The translations under genes and the position numbers were made by a program. A stretch of 64,000 nt of DNA. It comes from Ophelia neglecta. Taxonomy: Eukaryota. Under the pieces are notes generated by a model, which searched no databases, had not been told where the DNA came from, and was given only the letters and a program-made list of their open reading frames with translations. The first letter of the stretch is position 1. Each line of letters opens with the position of its first letter. The stretch is taken from positions 29,078,001 through 29,142,000 of the forward strand of contig OZ260662.1 of NCBI GenBank assembly GCA_965285935.1, in the 5' to 3' direction. Below are positions 13,463 through 24,844 of the stretch, one piece after another.

Positions 13463-14809
13463 CATGTGTAAATGACAATTTCAACACTTTCCCTCACATC
13501 TGGGATTTAAAGGCTAAAGTAATGCCTGCAAGCTGGGAGATCACATAATTATGACTCCATTAATATATCTTCAAGGTGATAGTTAAAATTGTGGTTAGTC
13601 ATCAATATCTCTGGGTAATCATTATTTGGTTTGTGATTCAACTGGTGTCCATTTTCTTTGGGTATTCAACCTATCTATTCCATATGCTGCACTATATTTC
13701 AACTCGGAGAAAAAAATAGCACATGTAAATATTTGCTCCATAACTAAAGGACTCAACTGTGAGAACATGATGAAATTGCAAACTAGAATAACTCTTAAAT
13801 GTGTCTCTTTTCCAACAGCCAGTTGTATGTAGGGTCATTCATCACTTATGAATGTTTATTCACTGCATTGGCCCACTGTGAAAACTGCCAATGGCTCATC
13901 ACTTTTCCCATGCTTTCTCTTCCATCTTGCAAATATTGCCAAACATTTTCTCGTTAAGTGTGCGGCTCCTTGTCTGACAGTGTTCTCTGTCAGTACAGGG
14001 GGGGATTTTAGTGGGTGGTGTAAGTGCAGTGCAAGCAAGGCTCAGATTGTTCCATGGTGAACATCCAATTTGTCCTTTTAAAGTGCATTTTGAGATCTCA
14101 TTGAGCTGCAAATGTCGACCGCATTGTCTGGTTTGTAAAAGATGATTTTCCCCTGAAGTGACATGGAGAGTTAATAAAAGCAGTGACAATCTGCTGGTTA
14201 AAATCCTTGCTGATTAAAAAAAAAACTCAAGGCGATGCTATTATGGGTTGAAAGAGCATGTATGCTGTGTCTATAAGAACGGCTTCAAGCCATTATATAC
14301 TTTTGGTGTTGACGGCAAGAAGTGAGAAGCCAATCTGATTTTTACATGTTTATCATCTAAACCTAGAAAGAACCCCTGGAGTTGATTGGTTCTCAACCCA
14401 GATGCTGTATGTACTAAAATGTTTTTGACATACAGTGCATCCCATATAGCCAGCTTTTCTATTTTGGGGGAACGAAGTCGTGTAGAAATCGAAGTGAGGC
14501 TGCAGCATTGTGGCCAATAAAATCACAGAATATCATGGATTCCCCCTACCCATGATGTGCATCAAGCCAACTCACAAACAGCACAAGGCATATGCTGGTA
14601 GAAGGAACTGTTTTGCTGTGTTTTTTATGAAAAAATGCCACACAAAAAATCAATCAAACCCTAAAAACATGATTTTATGGCAAATAAAGATGTGTAGAGT
14701 GCAGTTATAGTTTTTCCAAAAGCGAAAATGTCTGACTTGCTTCTTGAATTGAAAAAAAAGAAAAACAGGTTGCCAGAACACAGTAGGCATAGACTATCAG
14801 TTGAAAGAA

Positions 14810-15613
14810 GGTACTAGGGCGGGAGGTCTCCTGGTCCGGTGCAAATAATGTTCTTAAAGACTCCGTCAGTGCCTGAGTCTCTTGTCCATTTCCCTGCCTT
14901 TGCGGTCTGTTAAAAATCCAGCTGTGAGCTGGTGGTCCTTGCGTGGAACCAGTCTGGGTAAACTGGGATAAGTTTGGTGGTGGCTGGCCCTGTTCCTTAT
15001 TGTCACTGTTTGCATATTTCCTGAGGATCCTTCTCATGGCAGTCAGTTGGAAGTGGGGTATGGTTGTATCTCCCCGCCGGGCGTCTACTAATTCCTTCAA
15101 GTCACTCTCGCCCAGCAGAAGGAATCGCTCAACTGAACTGTATCCTTCAGAGTCTAGAAACCGGACAGTGGCAGCATCCAACCCAGTCTCCTTCTGCAAA
15201 CTGTCCCAAGATAGTCCCCGGCCCTGGGGCTGAATTGAGGGGTCAGTCACACCAGGCCTTAGCTGGGCAGGCTCATTTGGCTGCTCTGTGGTCTGAGGTG
15301 GCTGAACTGCTCCTGCTCCCTGGAACTGCTGTGTTCCTTGGGACATGAATGACATATCTTGCCAGGGAGCTCCCGTGGGCTGGCGTTGGGTCTCCCCACC
15401 CGGGGCTAGGCTGGGCCCCTGCATTCCTTGGGTATTACCCTGGGCTACCGGTCCTTGATGACTCCACATAGCCAATCCATGCAGCGGATTTATCGTATTG
15501 CTCCAAATGGCAGGGTCAAGATCTGGCTGATGCATGGCCTAAGTTTCAGCCAAACTTCTTTGTGCAAATTACTGTTGAGTGGAGATGCCTGATGTGGCAG
15601 CTATGCTGGCCAT
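14810..15613 (-). pseudogene. Decayed ORF with a Gln/Pro/Gly-rich region and a SAM-like helical motif; probable DIRS/Ngaro retrotransposon ORF1 (gag-like) fragment
   Basis: The 276-aa ORF (15535-14705) contains WDSLQKETGLDAATVRFLDSEGYSSVERFLLLGESDLKEL...IPHFQLTAMRRILRK, a SAM-like pattern that I recall in invertebrate DIRS ORF1 N-termini. The same frame extends upstream to an ATG at 15613 through two stops (TAA, TAG) in a Gln-rich context. The C-terminus runs into AT-rich intron sequence near 14810. Confidence 0.5.
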
Positions 15614-16188
15614 GCAAGGAGTGACCAGAGGAGAGCTGCACATTAACACTACAGTTCATCTGGTCATCTGAAACTAAGGGTTACTGTTAAAAAGGTGGGA
15701 GCACAGGGGGCATGTCCCCACCTATACCCACAGAGGCACCATTGATAAGCCTGTAATAAAAAGGCCCTAATGAGACCAAGGCTGTGTGATGTACAGAGGA
15801 CATCAGTATTTCTAGGAGTACAGGTCTAATAACAGCCTGTATTATGTAATGGCTTAATGAAGCCTGTTCATCTGCAGGAAGCTCAGGGCAAAAGCCCACC
15901 AGTCTCCCTAGCAATAAAAATCACACTTCCCTGATTAATTGTGCACAAGCCTGCTAGAGTCAGCCAGCACCAAGGCTTCAAACAATCTAACCCCAAATTA
16001 ATAAATTTGAACATTCTAACTCGGCAAGTCATAAAATTGTTACATGCTTTTGATCTGTTGCAATACAGGTGTAAACATGTGGCTAGGGAGCTGAATGCCC
16101 TTCAGTCTTCAGCTTCAGGCGAATGATTCCCTAGCTGGTTTATGAACACATATCTGGAGATCAAGCTAGGAGTAATCGGTAATGATTA

Positions 16189-16573
16189 GGCGCCAGTTTC
16201 ACGAAGCTTTCTTACCATACGATGACCGTAATAATTTATGAAAAATAGTATGGAAAAAAGACCTCTTCCATGAAGCATCTGCAAGTCAACAAGATACTGC
16301 TAAATTTGATTTAAAATGTTACTAATGTTATCTGAAAAGGCTGTGTTGTTATTCACTGTACATAAACAAGTCAGTTAAACCATACTGTATTATCATACAT
16401 TCATGTTATTTATGAACACATGTCACACAAATTTTCATTGCATAAACCAGGCTTAAAATCGATAAACCACTTATTTAGCAGGTTGTTTGTGAAATTGAAA
16501 TCAACACTAATGAAGCAAACTAATCCAGAATTATTTAATAATCCAAGCTTAATTTCTTTCTGAAACAGGCCCC
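16189..16573. mobile_element. Possible decayed PIF/Harbinger-type MITE
   Basis: GGCGCCAGTTTCACGAAG at 16189 and the imperfect inverse CTTTCTGAAACAGGCCCC ending at 16573. No clean TSD. Confidence 0.3.
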
Positions 16574-18529
16574 AGAAGCAGAACTGAGATAGCGGAAAAC
16601 AAATTTACTTCTTATCATTTCTGTCAACAAGTTTAAATTCAAACAGAAACTGCTGCAACAGATTTTTGTACATGGAAATTTTTATATTTATTTAAGTTAC
16701 CTTTGTTTGATTGAAGAACTTGCAGGCTTGTGTATGATGAAGATACGAGAGGGTCAGACCACTCCAAGATGTAATTTACGGCCAATTTTAGTGTGAGGCC
16801 TGCTAGGCCTTCGTGAACCCAATTTTTGAGCAATTTTAAGATTTTAGTGTTACAGACATTTTAATCTAAATTAGATGTATGAAGGCTTCTTGAAACCCAA
16901 TGTATGTAGCGTACTCCTGTGAAAGTTCTCAAGTGTACGGAGGCTTTGTGAAAGTGCCACCAGGACTATTTATATTCAGCTGCTTATTATAAAGGGTGGA
17001 CACTAGTATACACATGTAAAATGCTTGTTTTTTATTTTCTGCTGTTTAAGTTTGTATGCCTGATCTGATCAGGAAGAAATTTTCCATGGATATAGTGCTG
17101 ACAGAGTGAAGGCAAGCTTCTCTGCTGAGCATTCATCAGATAGCATTATGCCAACTCACTAAGCCATAATTAGAGACTCCCACCATTGTTACTCAGCGTC
17201 TGGCAGATTTAAAGAGTCAAAGTCTGTTCTGGCAATTAATAATGGACTTCCCCCATGTCCCCACTCAACACAAATAACAGGATATAACTTGACTGTGATA
17301 TTATATTCTGACACACATAATTGAGAACTCATGTAATGAGGTTCCTTATTCCAATCTGACTTGAGTGGCTGACCAGAGTGGGTTGTTATTGATCCACCAG
17401 TATATTATAACTTAATAGTGGCAAAATCTCCACCCGCATGTACTGTGTCATTATTGATGATAAATATTTTGGAAAATGTGGATTAATGAATGTTAGTCTT
17501 CAAATTGTATATGGCTCATTTCCTGAAATCTATAATTAATATCTAAAATTATTTGCAACTTGAAAACACATTCATATTTCAGTAGGCTTTCTTTGCTAAC
17601 AGCCTTTCATAGTCATATACTTGTGCCATAGCATATCCACAAACAAAACCTGTTTTCACATTGTAGAAAACTGTGTCAGTTATATGAAAAAATTGTTACC
17701 TTGGTACAAAACATGTAACTCTAATACCATACCCTAGTACTCTTTGTATATGCTTTATAGAAAGTAGATCTGTGGTCCAAATTGCTCTGAAACAAAATGC
17801 CAATAGAAAATAACTGATATTAGTAAAGCAGAGACTTGCTGATGTATGGCGGTTGGAGGCTTTCATCTCATTAATGTAACAGAGAGGCTTCCTGACTTCA
17901 GGTGGGTGTTACCAGTCACAAACTGGGTGGGCACTAATAGAAACAACATATTTACCCCACACTCATACATTTAATGGCACTTTCGTTACCTTTCGAAACA
18001 TGTCATGGGCATATTGATTTTACTAATGGTTTTAGGGGGCAATTGTGTGACAACTCACTTTTAGATAATTGCTGTTTGGACCAATTGTTGCAGTATTTAA
18101 CAAGGCCATGTCAAACGATCCTGACGGCAAAATATTGTTGTCTGGCTCTTTGAGAGCATGGAGAATGTTCTGGAAATCATGATTGTCTATATATATTGAT
18201 TATCAATTTGACATCCTTAATGTACATTGCTGCTACAGGGAAAAAAAAGACCAGTCTGGAAAAACAAAACAAAATACCTGATCTATAATGTTGGAGTAAT
18301 TCTTTTTGTAAATAATCATGATATCAATTCATAATTTTAGGTTATATCAGTATTATGTACCAAGTTAATTTCACAAATGTTCATTTACTTTCCATTTGAG
18401 CTGTATAATTGCTTGGCAGAGAGACTCAATCCAGCTGGAGCCATTTTGCACTGTGATTACCCATCGATTAAATCCCTGTAGGGTCAAAAAAAAAGGCAAT
18501 GACACAGCAATGACCGGAGTATAAACTAT

Positions 18530-19025
18530 TTTATTCTTACATAACAGTTATTGCATCATGCATAATATAATGCAAAGCAGCCAGGTCTTGTATGACCTTC
18601 CCAAACCCATTACTGGTAGTAGGAAGTAGGGAGGCCCTTGGAAAAAATTTCAAGGGCCTGACATTTTGTGGTCAGAGGTATTGACAGGTAATTAAGGTAG
18701 GCAGCGCTCTTCCAGTCGCCTATCAATTTAATGATTTCACCAGGTATACCCTGGGAGAACGCCCAACTGGCTCCTCCCCGGCAAAAGGAGTAGGCTGCAT
18801 ACATAGAACTGTCATAGCCGAGCTGAATTAAAACCGTTTTGAATCTAGCTAGGAAGTCCCTGTACAGCATAGGGGTGGGGTTAGGGCCCCCACCAAGTGT
18901 AAAGGCACCCCTATGCTGGGGTCTACGGCAGGTACTCCAGTGAGGGAGCACTCTAAAGAGGGTATTGAGCCTACTGTCACAAGTAGGCACTGTGGCGATC
19001 TGACCGAAAAGTGTTGAAAGCCACG
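18530..19025 (-). mobile_element. 3' fragment of a DIRS/Ngaro tyrosine-recombinase retrotransposon (inactive YR C-terminus plus trailing terminal sequence)
   Basis: Translation YAAYSFCRGGASWAFSQGIPGEIIKLIGDWKSAAYLNYL (stop at 18610-18612) matches the DIRS-type YR box HSFRRGGA...GDWxSxAY..Y. The catalytic H and R are mutated to Y and C. On the - strand it is followed by GGGTTTGGGAAGG...GGCTGCTTTGCAT...AATAAA. Confidence 0.85.
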
Positions 19026-19057
19026 TAAATCCCCAAAAAACAACAACAACAACTCTG

Positions 19058-19805
19058 CCAGCTATCCACCCCCGTTCTACTAACCAATGGCTGTGGCAGG
19101 TATCCACCCCCGTCCTACTAACCGATGGCTGTGGCAGGTATCCACCCCCGTCCTACTAACCGATGGCTGTGGCAGCTATCCACCCCCGTCCTACTAACCC
19201 ATGGCTGTGGCAGGTATCCACCCCCGTCCTACTAACCCATGGCTGTGGCAGGTATCCACCCCTGTCCTACTAACCGATGGCTGTGGCAGGTATCCACCCC
19301 CGTCCTACTAACCAATGGCTGTGGCAGGTATCCACCCCCGTCCTACTAACCCATGTCTGTGGCAGGTATCCACCCCCGTCCTACTAACCGATGGCTGTGG
19401 CAGGTATCCACCCCCGTCCTACTAACCCATGGCTGTGGCAGGTATCCACCCCCGTCCTACTAACCCATGGCTGTGGCAGGTATCCACCCCAGTCCTACGA
19501 ACCCATGGCTGTGGCAGGTATCCACCCCCGTCCTACTAACCCATGGCTGTGGCAGGTATCCACCCCCGTCCTACTAACCCATGGCTGTGGCAGGTATCCA
19601 CCCCCGTCCTACTAACCCATGGCTGTGGCAGGTATCCACCCCCGTCCTACTAACCCATGGCTGTGGCAGGTATCCACCTCCGTCCTACTAACCCATGGCT
19701 GTGGCAGGTATCCACCCCCGTCCTACTAACCCATGGCTGTGGCAGGTATCCACCCCCGTCCTACTAACCCATGGCTGTGGCAGGTATCCACCACCATCCT
19801 CCTAA
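19058..19805. repeat. 38-bp minisatellite (ATGGCTGTGGCAGGTATCCACCCCCGTCCTACTAACCC), about 19.5 copies
   Basis: Unit starts at 19201 and 19239; very homogeneous. Confidence 0.97.
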
Positions 19806-20402
19806 TAGGCAGGATAAGTTGTATGTATGCCTTTTCTTTGGACTGAAATGCAGTGTAAGTTTGTAATGGATTCTGTCACACTCATCACTGTTTGGTCGAA
19901 AAACAGCCATTTAGCCTGTGAAAAAAACCCATTATCTTGTTTCAGGGTTATGCAAATAGATATTGTTGCAAATGGAAAAAATGTGTGAGATAAAGCATGG
20001 AATACATTTAGTTAGAAGCTTATTTTGATAATCAAACACAGGTAAAAACATTGTCAGTGTTTTGAAAAGTAGGCAAGAAGGCACAACTTTCAGAATAATA
20101 AACTCATGTATGAATGTTTTTTGGTACTTTAAGCCAACCTTCTAAAAACAATTTCTCCAAATATGATTGAACTTCAATAGCAGCTCCAGATTCTAGCTGT
20201 GGTACAAGATTACAGTGGATGTCAACCACATACTGATGACCTTTTGTTTTAGCCTTTGATTGCCCATCCATTAGCTGTGGTAGTCGGTTCCTTTCCCATG
20301 ATGTCATTCATGTTTTATAGTCAGTAAATCGCCCTAAGCAAAATTTCATGCATCTCAGAGCTAATAGCAGGTGTCCAAATGGCATAGGAATTTAACATGC
20401 TT

Positions 20403-22417
20403 GTTATATCAGCGCGCAGCTTTGCTGCTGGCGCTGATATATACGCCTCACTTATGAGAGTTTGCAGAATCGGTCGTGGCGATCTACAGGTCGCAATTCT
20501 TCGTCGATCGACTTCAAACTTTCAGACATCGTGTATGGCCCCAAACTCTCGGTTCCTTTCGAAGATGGTGAAAATCGGCCCGCGGGATCGAAAGTTATCG
20601 CCGAAAAACACGAAAAATGGCCAAATCGCGAGCCGGCGGTCGCCAAATCGCGATGAGGCGTCGCACAGCAAAATCGCCGGTGGCAATATGTCAGGTTCAA
20701 AAAAGTTAAAACCCGATCTTGTGCTGGGCGGAATTTCGTCCGTTTGGCGCTCAGACGCTTAATTTTTCGAGATACGGCCCAAATCTCGTTTCAAGTCTCG
20801 TGGCCCATATCTCGCTTAATAATGGAGCTAGAGACGTGAAATTTTTTTTAAACTGATTATTTTGGGCCCAGCTTTCGTTCGGACTCAAAAAATCCTGTGC
20901 GCATGCGCAAACTGCAAAATTTGAAATTGCGACTTTTTTCAACTTTCGAAAAAAAAATTATTTTCGAATCTCTCTAAAACAAAAGTGCGTCGTTTAGAGT
21001 AGTTCATACCGATTCCAAAACCGTCACGATCGTGAAAATCGCCCGATTATTTCGCGGTCAAATCGGCCACTGAAAATCGGCGAAATTGGCCTTTTTGCAT
21101 GGAATCACAGCTTTTAAACAAAAAATCATAACTCTTGTTGCATTGGACCTACAGACACGAGACTGGCACTAAAAGGTAGCCAGTGACGACGCACAAGTTT
21201 GCCTCGCGATATGTTATTTGGTTCAACGCTTACTTTTCGAGATATCGCCCAAATCCCGCTTCAAGTCTCGTTTCACTCTTGTGGCAACACTGTTTGCGCT
21301 AGAGCCATAAAAATAGCACCAAAATGATCGGCCAGTAGCCTTCTGCTACATACTAGAAAATTATTTGTCTGCGCATGCGCAATTTTTTTTGACAGACAAA
21401 AACATGTTTTTTATTTTTTCATTTTTTGTACGATGAAAAAATCATGTCCCCTGGTGATCAATCGCTCAACTAATGACGCCATTTTGTACCTTAGCATGTC
21501 AGCTTGCTAAATGCATTGCTCTTTTATCGCTCCAGTCTCGTTTTCATGCGATTCCCAGCAGGTTTTTGACACCCACTTTGCGTCATTTTCGACACATATT
21601 GCGTAATTGTGACGTAACTAGAAGTGATAGCGATGCCTAGTAAAAACCAAAATGGCGCCCATAGGGTACCCTATCAGTCCGTATCAACAGTTCTGCTCTG
21701 CGCATGCGCATATCGAAAATAGAAATTTTCTCTGCTTGCCGACATCTCTGTGTTTGAAAAAATCATGTGGCGACACCGTGCGTCCGACACATGAACTCCT
21801 GGCGCCATTTTGTAGAGAAATTCAAGCTCTTACTTTTGCCACCGTTTTTGCTTAGATTGGCTTTTATTTTCATGCAAATACGCGTGCGCAACGAATGGTT
21901 TATGTTTTACATGCTTTGTTAGCGCCATCTTGGGGTTACTTGCTGAACAGAAGGGTCTGCCCTGTAGTTTGATCCTTCCTCTAACCGGTCATGTCATTTA
22001 TTTATCTCTAAGAACCTATTTTCTTGCTTTTGCAATAGAATTTTCAACCCTACCCCCCTTTGTCTATAGACGCTTCTGACACGTTGACAGAAAATACAGT
22101 TTTCATACCGCGAATTCTTCTGGCTGACAGGCCATAAATATGGCATGACCTAAATAGCGTACATACATCTGTGGAGACACATACTGTCATGACCACGGTA
22201 ATCAGTGTTAGTAGGGCAGGTCGTCTCTGTGCATATAAACATTCTACCATAGGTCCGGTTACAGGGAGTCATTTTAAACTTGCGTTTCACGTTTTGGACC
22301 ATAGTTTAGCCAATAATGGTCCTAGAATCACCGTTCGAACGTCATTTTGTAGCTTACATTTTACTTATTTCACGCGTTACCGAGGCGCTGATATACCGTG
22401 CGCTAGGCGCTCTCGTT
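20403..22417 (+). mobile_element. Non-autonomous Helentron-associated element (HINE/DINE-1-like), about 2.0 kb, CpG-rich
   Basis: 5' subTIR TATATCAGCGC (20405-20415) with a nearby inverted copy GCGCTGATATA (20431-20441). 3' subTIR GCGCTGATATA (22385-22395) is followed by a short stem-loop GCGC-TAG-GCGC (22400-22410) and TCTCGTT. T-rich flanks, no TSD, internal ~470-bp diverged repeats, and a sharp rise in CpG content between these ends. Confidence 0.8.
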
Positions 22418-22869
22418 CTTTTTTCCTCAACTGGCCTGCCATGTTGCTCATGACACTAGTTGCCAATGGGTTCTAATATCTAATTAATGGAAGCAGGTGG
22501 GCCCAGGAGAAATAGATTAGACCAGCTAAAGGATTACCATTTTCTTCAAAAATTACTTTTGGGTAATTGCCTTGACCAGGATAGCTAAAAGATTCTAAAC
22601 ACATGTAGTTTGGAATATGGCACACAAGGTCTACTTAGGGATTAAGAGTTGGTTTCTGTGTATGGCTTCTTACATTTCCTTTAAGCTCAAATGATAAATG
22701 AATTGTTCTGGAAATAGCCAAAACCTACTCTAGAGATATATGTCTACATGTACACAGACACATATAGGTGTGAATGTAATTATACACACTAAATACAAGG
22801 TTGTGGATATACATCTCCACAGATATATTATTCTTTTGCATCTACATTTCAGGGAAAGCTTTATTAATC

Positions 22870-24070
22870 CAGAGTGTATCCCTCCTCTATCCTTCTGTCG
22901 TACCTACATCCATGCCCCCCTTCTCTTCCTTGTCATTTCAAATCTCTCACAAACATCTGAACTTCCTTCCTGCAATCTCAGCCCCTGGACCTCCCTTCAA
23001 CTTCATGGGGGGAAGGTGGAGGGGGAAGCAACATCTACTCCAATCCTGCCATTCCTCTCTCGTGTTTTGTCTCCCTTTCTTCCACCTTGGCTGCTTCCAT
23101 GTCATCTTGGCTTGTTTCAGCCGTATCAGATAATCTCACTGCCCCCACTTGTGGGCTTTCCCTTTCCAATCACTACATATTCCCGGCTATCTCTGTTTCC
23201 TCCCCATCTTGCCTGCTCCTACCTAGCCGCCTCCGTCCCTCCTGTCTTCTCTGCTCCTACCATGCCATTACTGCTCCCTCCCCATCTTCTCTGCACCTTC
23301 CCTGCTATCTCAGTTCCCTCCAAGACATCACTGCCAAATCCCTACCATATCTATTCCCTTCTTGTTATCTCTACTCTCCACTCTCCATCTCTATTCCCTC
23401 CCTGTCGTCTTTGCTGCATCCCTGCCATGTATTCCCTTCCTGTCATCTCTACTCTCCTGTTACCATCTCGGCCATTTCTGTTACCTCACTGTCTTCCCTG
23501 CTACTCCCTAAGATCTCCATTCCCTCCCGGTTATCTCTGTTCCCTCCCCCCCCCCCCCCTGTCATCTATAATGCTTCTTACCTGCCAACATTATTCCCTC
23601 CCCGTCGTCTCATTTCCCTCACAGTATTCTTTGCTCCTTACCTGATATCTCTATTACCTGACTGTGATATCTGTTCCCCCCTGTCATCTTTGCTCCTTCC
23701 TTACCAACTCTATTGTCCCCCCGTCATCTCTATTCCCTCCCTTTTATTTATATTTCCTCTCTATCATCTCTGCCCCTTCCTTATTTGCCCCTCTCAGTCA
23801 GCTCTGTCATCTTTTCTCCCCCTCCCCCCCCCCCCCTACCTCCCATCCTCCCCAAATCTCCTTCCTGTTCCCTTTCCTCTTTCCTCTGTGCCACTCACTT
23901 ATGTTCCCTTCCCCTCCCTCATCATATTTTTTGCTCCTCTTCTCTGTACAACTGTATTTCCTTACTCCTCTGTCCCTGCCATGTCTGTTTCCTTCTGTCC
24001 CTACAATCTTGTTCCCTCCCTTGTCTCCATGTCTTTTCTACTACCTTAGGCCATTCTCCGTCTGCCCTTG
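22870..24070. repeat. About 1.2-kb pyrimidine-rich low-complexity tract (decayed CCTGTCATCTCTATTCCCT-like repeat)
   Basis: Strong C/T skew on the + strand; yields long Leu/Ser/Pro ORFs in all three frames. Confidence 0.88.
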
Positions 24071-24744
24071 TAGCTCATTGAGTATTTAAGGAGTCTTAGG
24101 CGTCCCTCCAATTACCCTCCAGGTAGACTGGGGCTTCTTCCTTAGTGGTGCCTCCAGAATCCTGATGACAATTTGATGGTATGATGTCTCTATTCCACAC
24201 CATACAAGTGACAATTTCTGCCCTCTGTTTGTTTTCTGGTCTGCTTTGTTTCATTTCAAGGATGGACGTAATAGCACAGGTTTCAGTTTGATGAAAATAT
24301 TTATCTGTTCCTTCAAATGAAGTGTCCTACTTACTGTATAAGTCTATAGTGTGTTGTGGAATGCATTGTTCCACCCTGGTTGTTACTTGTACTTGTAGGC
24401 TCATGCTTGGTGCCATCAGGTTTACCCCCTAAGCTAATCATGATACAGTTAGGAAATATTAGAAACAGAATTTCTTTGGATGACAGATTAAAATTTTATA
24501 AGCCAATTACTTTGAAACTGTTGAAATTTGCTTAAGGAAGCTATAAGTTTTGCATTTTGTTTGCAGCTATACAGTTGATATTTAATAATAATTTCATAGG
24601 AAATAGAAAGTTGATATAACTCCCTTTGTAGATTTAAACATTGCCTTATCAATTTTATCTCTTTGCATATTGTGTCATGTCACAACAAATAATGACCATT
24701 CACAATGTTTGTGCTGGTAAATTCTTTGTTGTGAGCCCTGGTAT

Positions 24745-24844
24745 CATGTAGCTGACTTTAATATTGTTGACCCCTGAGAGCTGATGACATGTAGCTGACT
24801 TTAATATTGTTGACCCCTGAGACCTGATGACATGTACCTGACTT
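24745..24844. repeat. 43-bp tandem duplication, about 2.3 copies
   Basis: CATGTAGCTGACTTTAATATTGTTGACCCCTGAGA starts at 24745 and 24788; partial copy at 24831. Confidence 0.9.

Noticed and set aside
12535-13465. Multiple overlapping ORFs (AETGGRDWWQR repeats)
   Set aside because: Open in several frames on both strands because the minisatellite lacks stops; the frame shifts between units.
20397-20942. CpG-rich block with ORFs that could suggest bacterial contamination or horizontal transfer
   Set aside because: The ORFs are short and motif-free, and the block is bounded by HINE-type termini.
21661-21674. Palindrome ATAGGGTACCCTAT shares GGGTACCCTAT with the 51-bp minisatellite
   Set aside because: Only 11 bp with no flanking similarity; not enough to claim a common origin.
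22740-24089. 301-aa and 320-aa Leu/Pro/Ser-rich ORFs
   Set aside because: A pyrimidine-rich tract is depleted of stop codons in all frames; no protein-like features.
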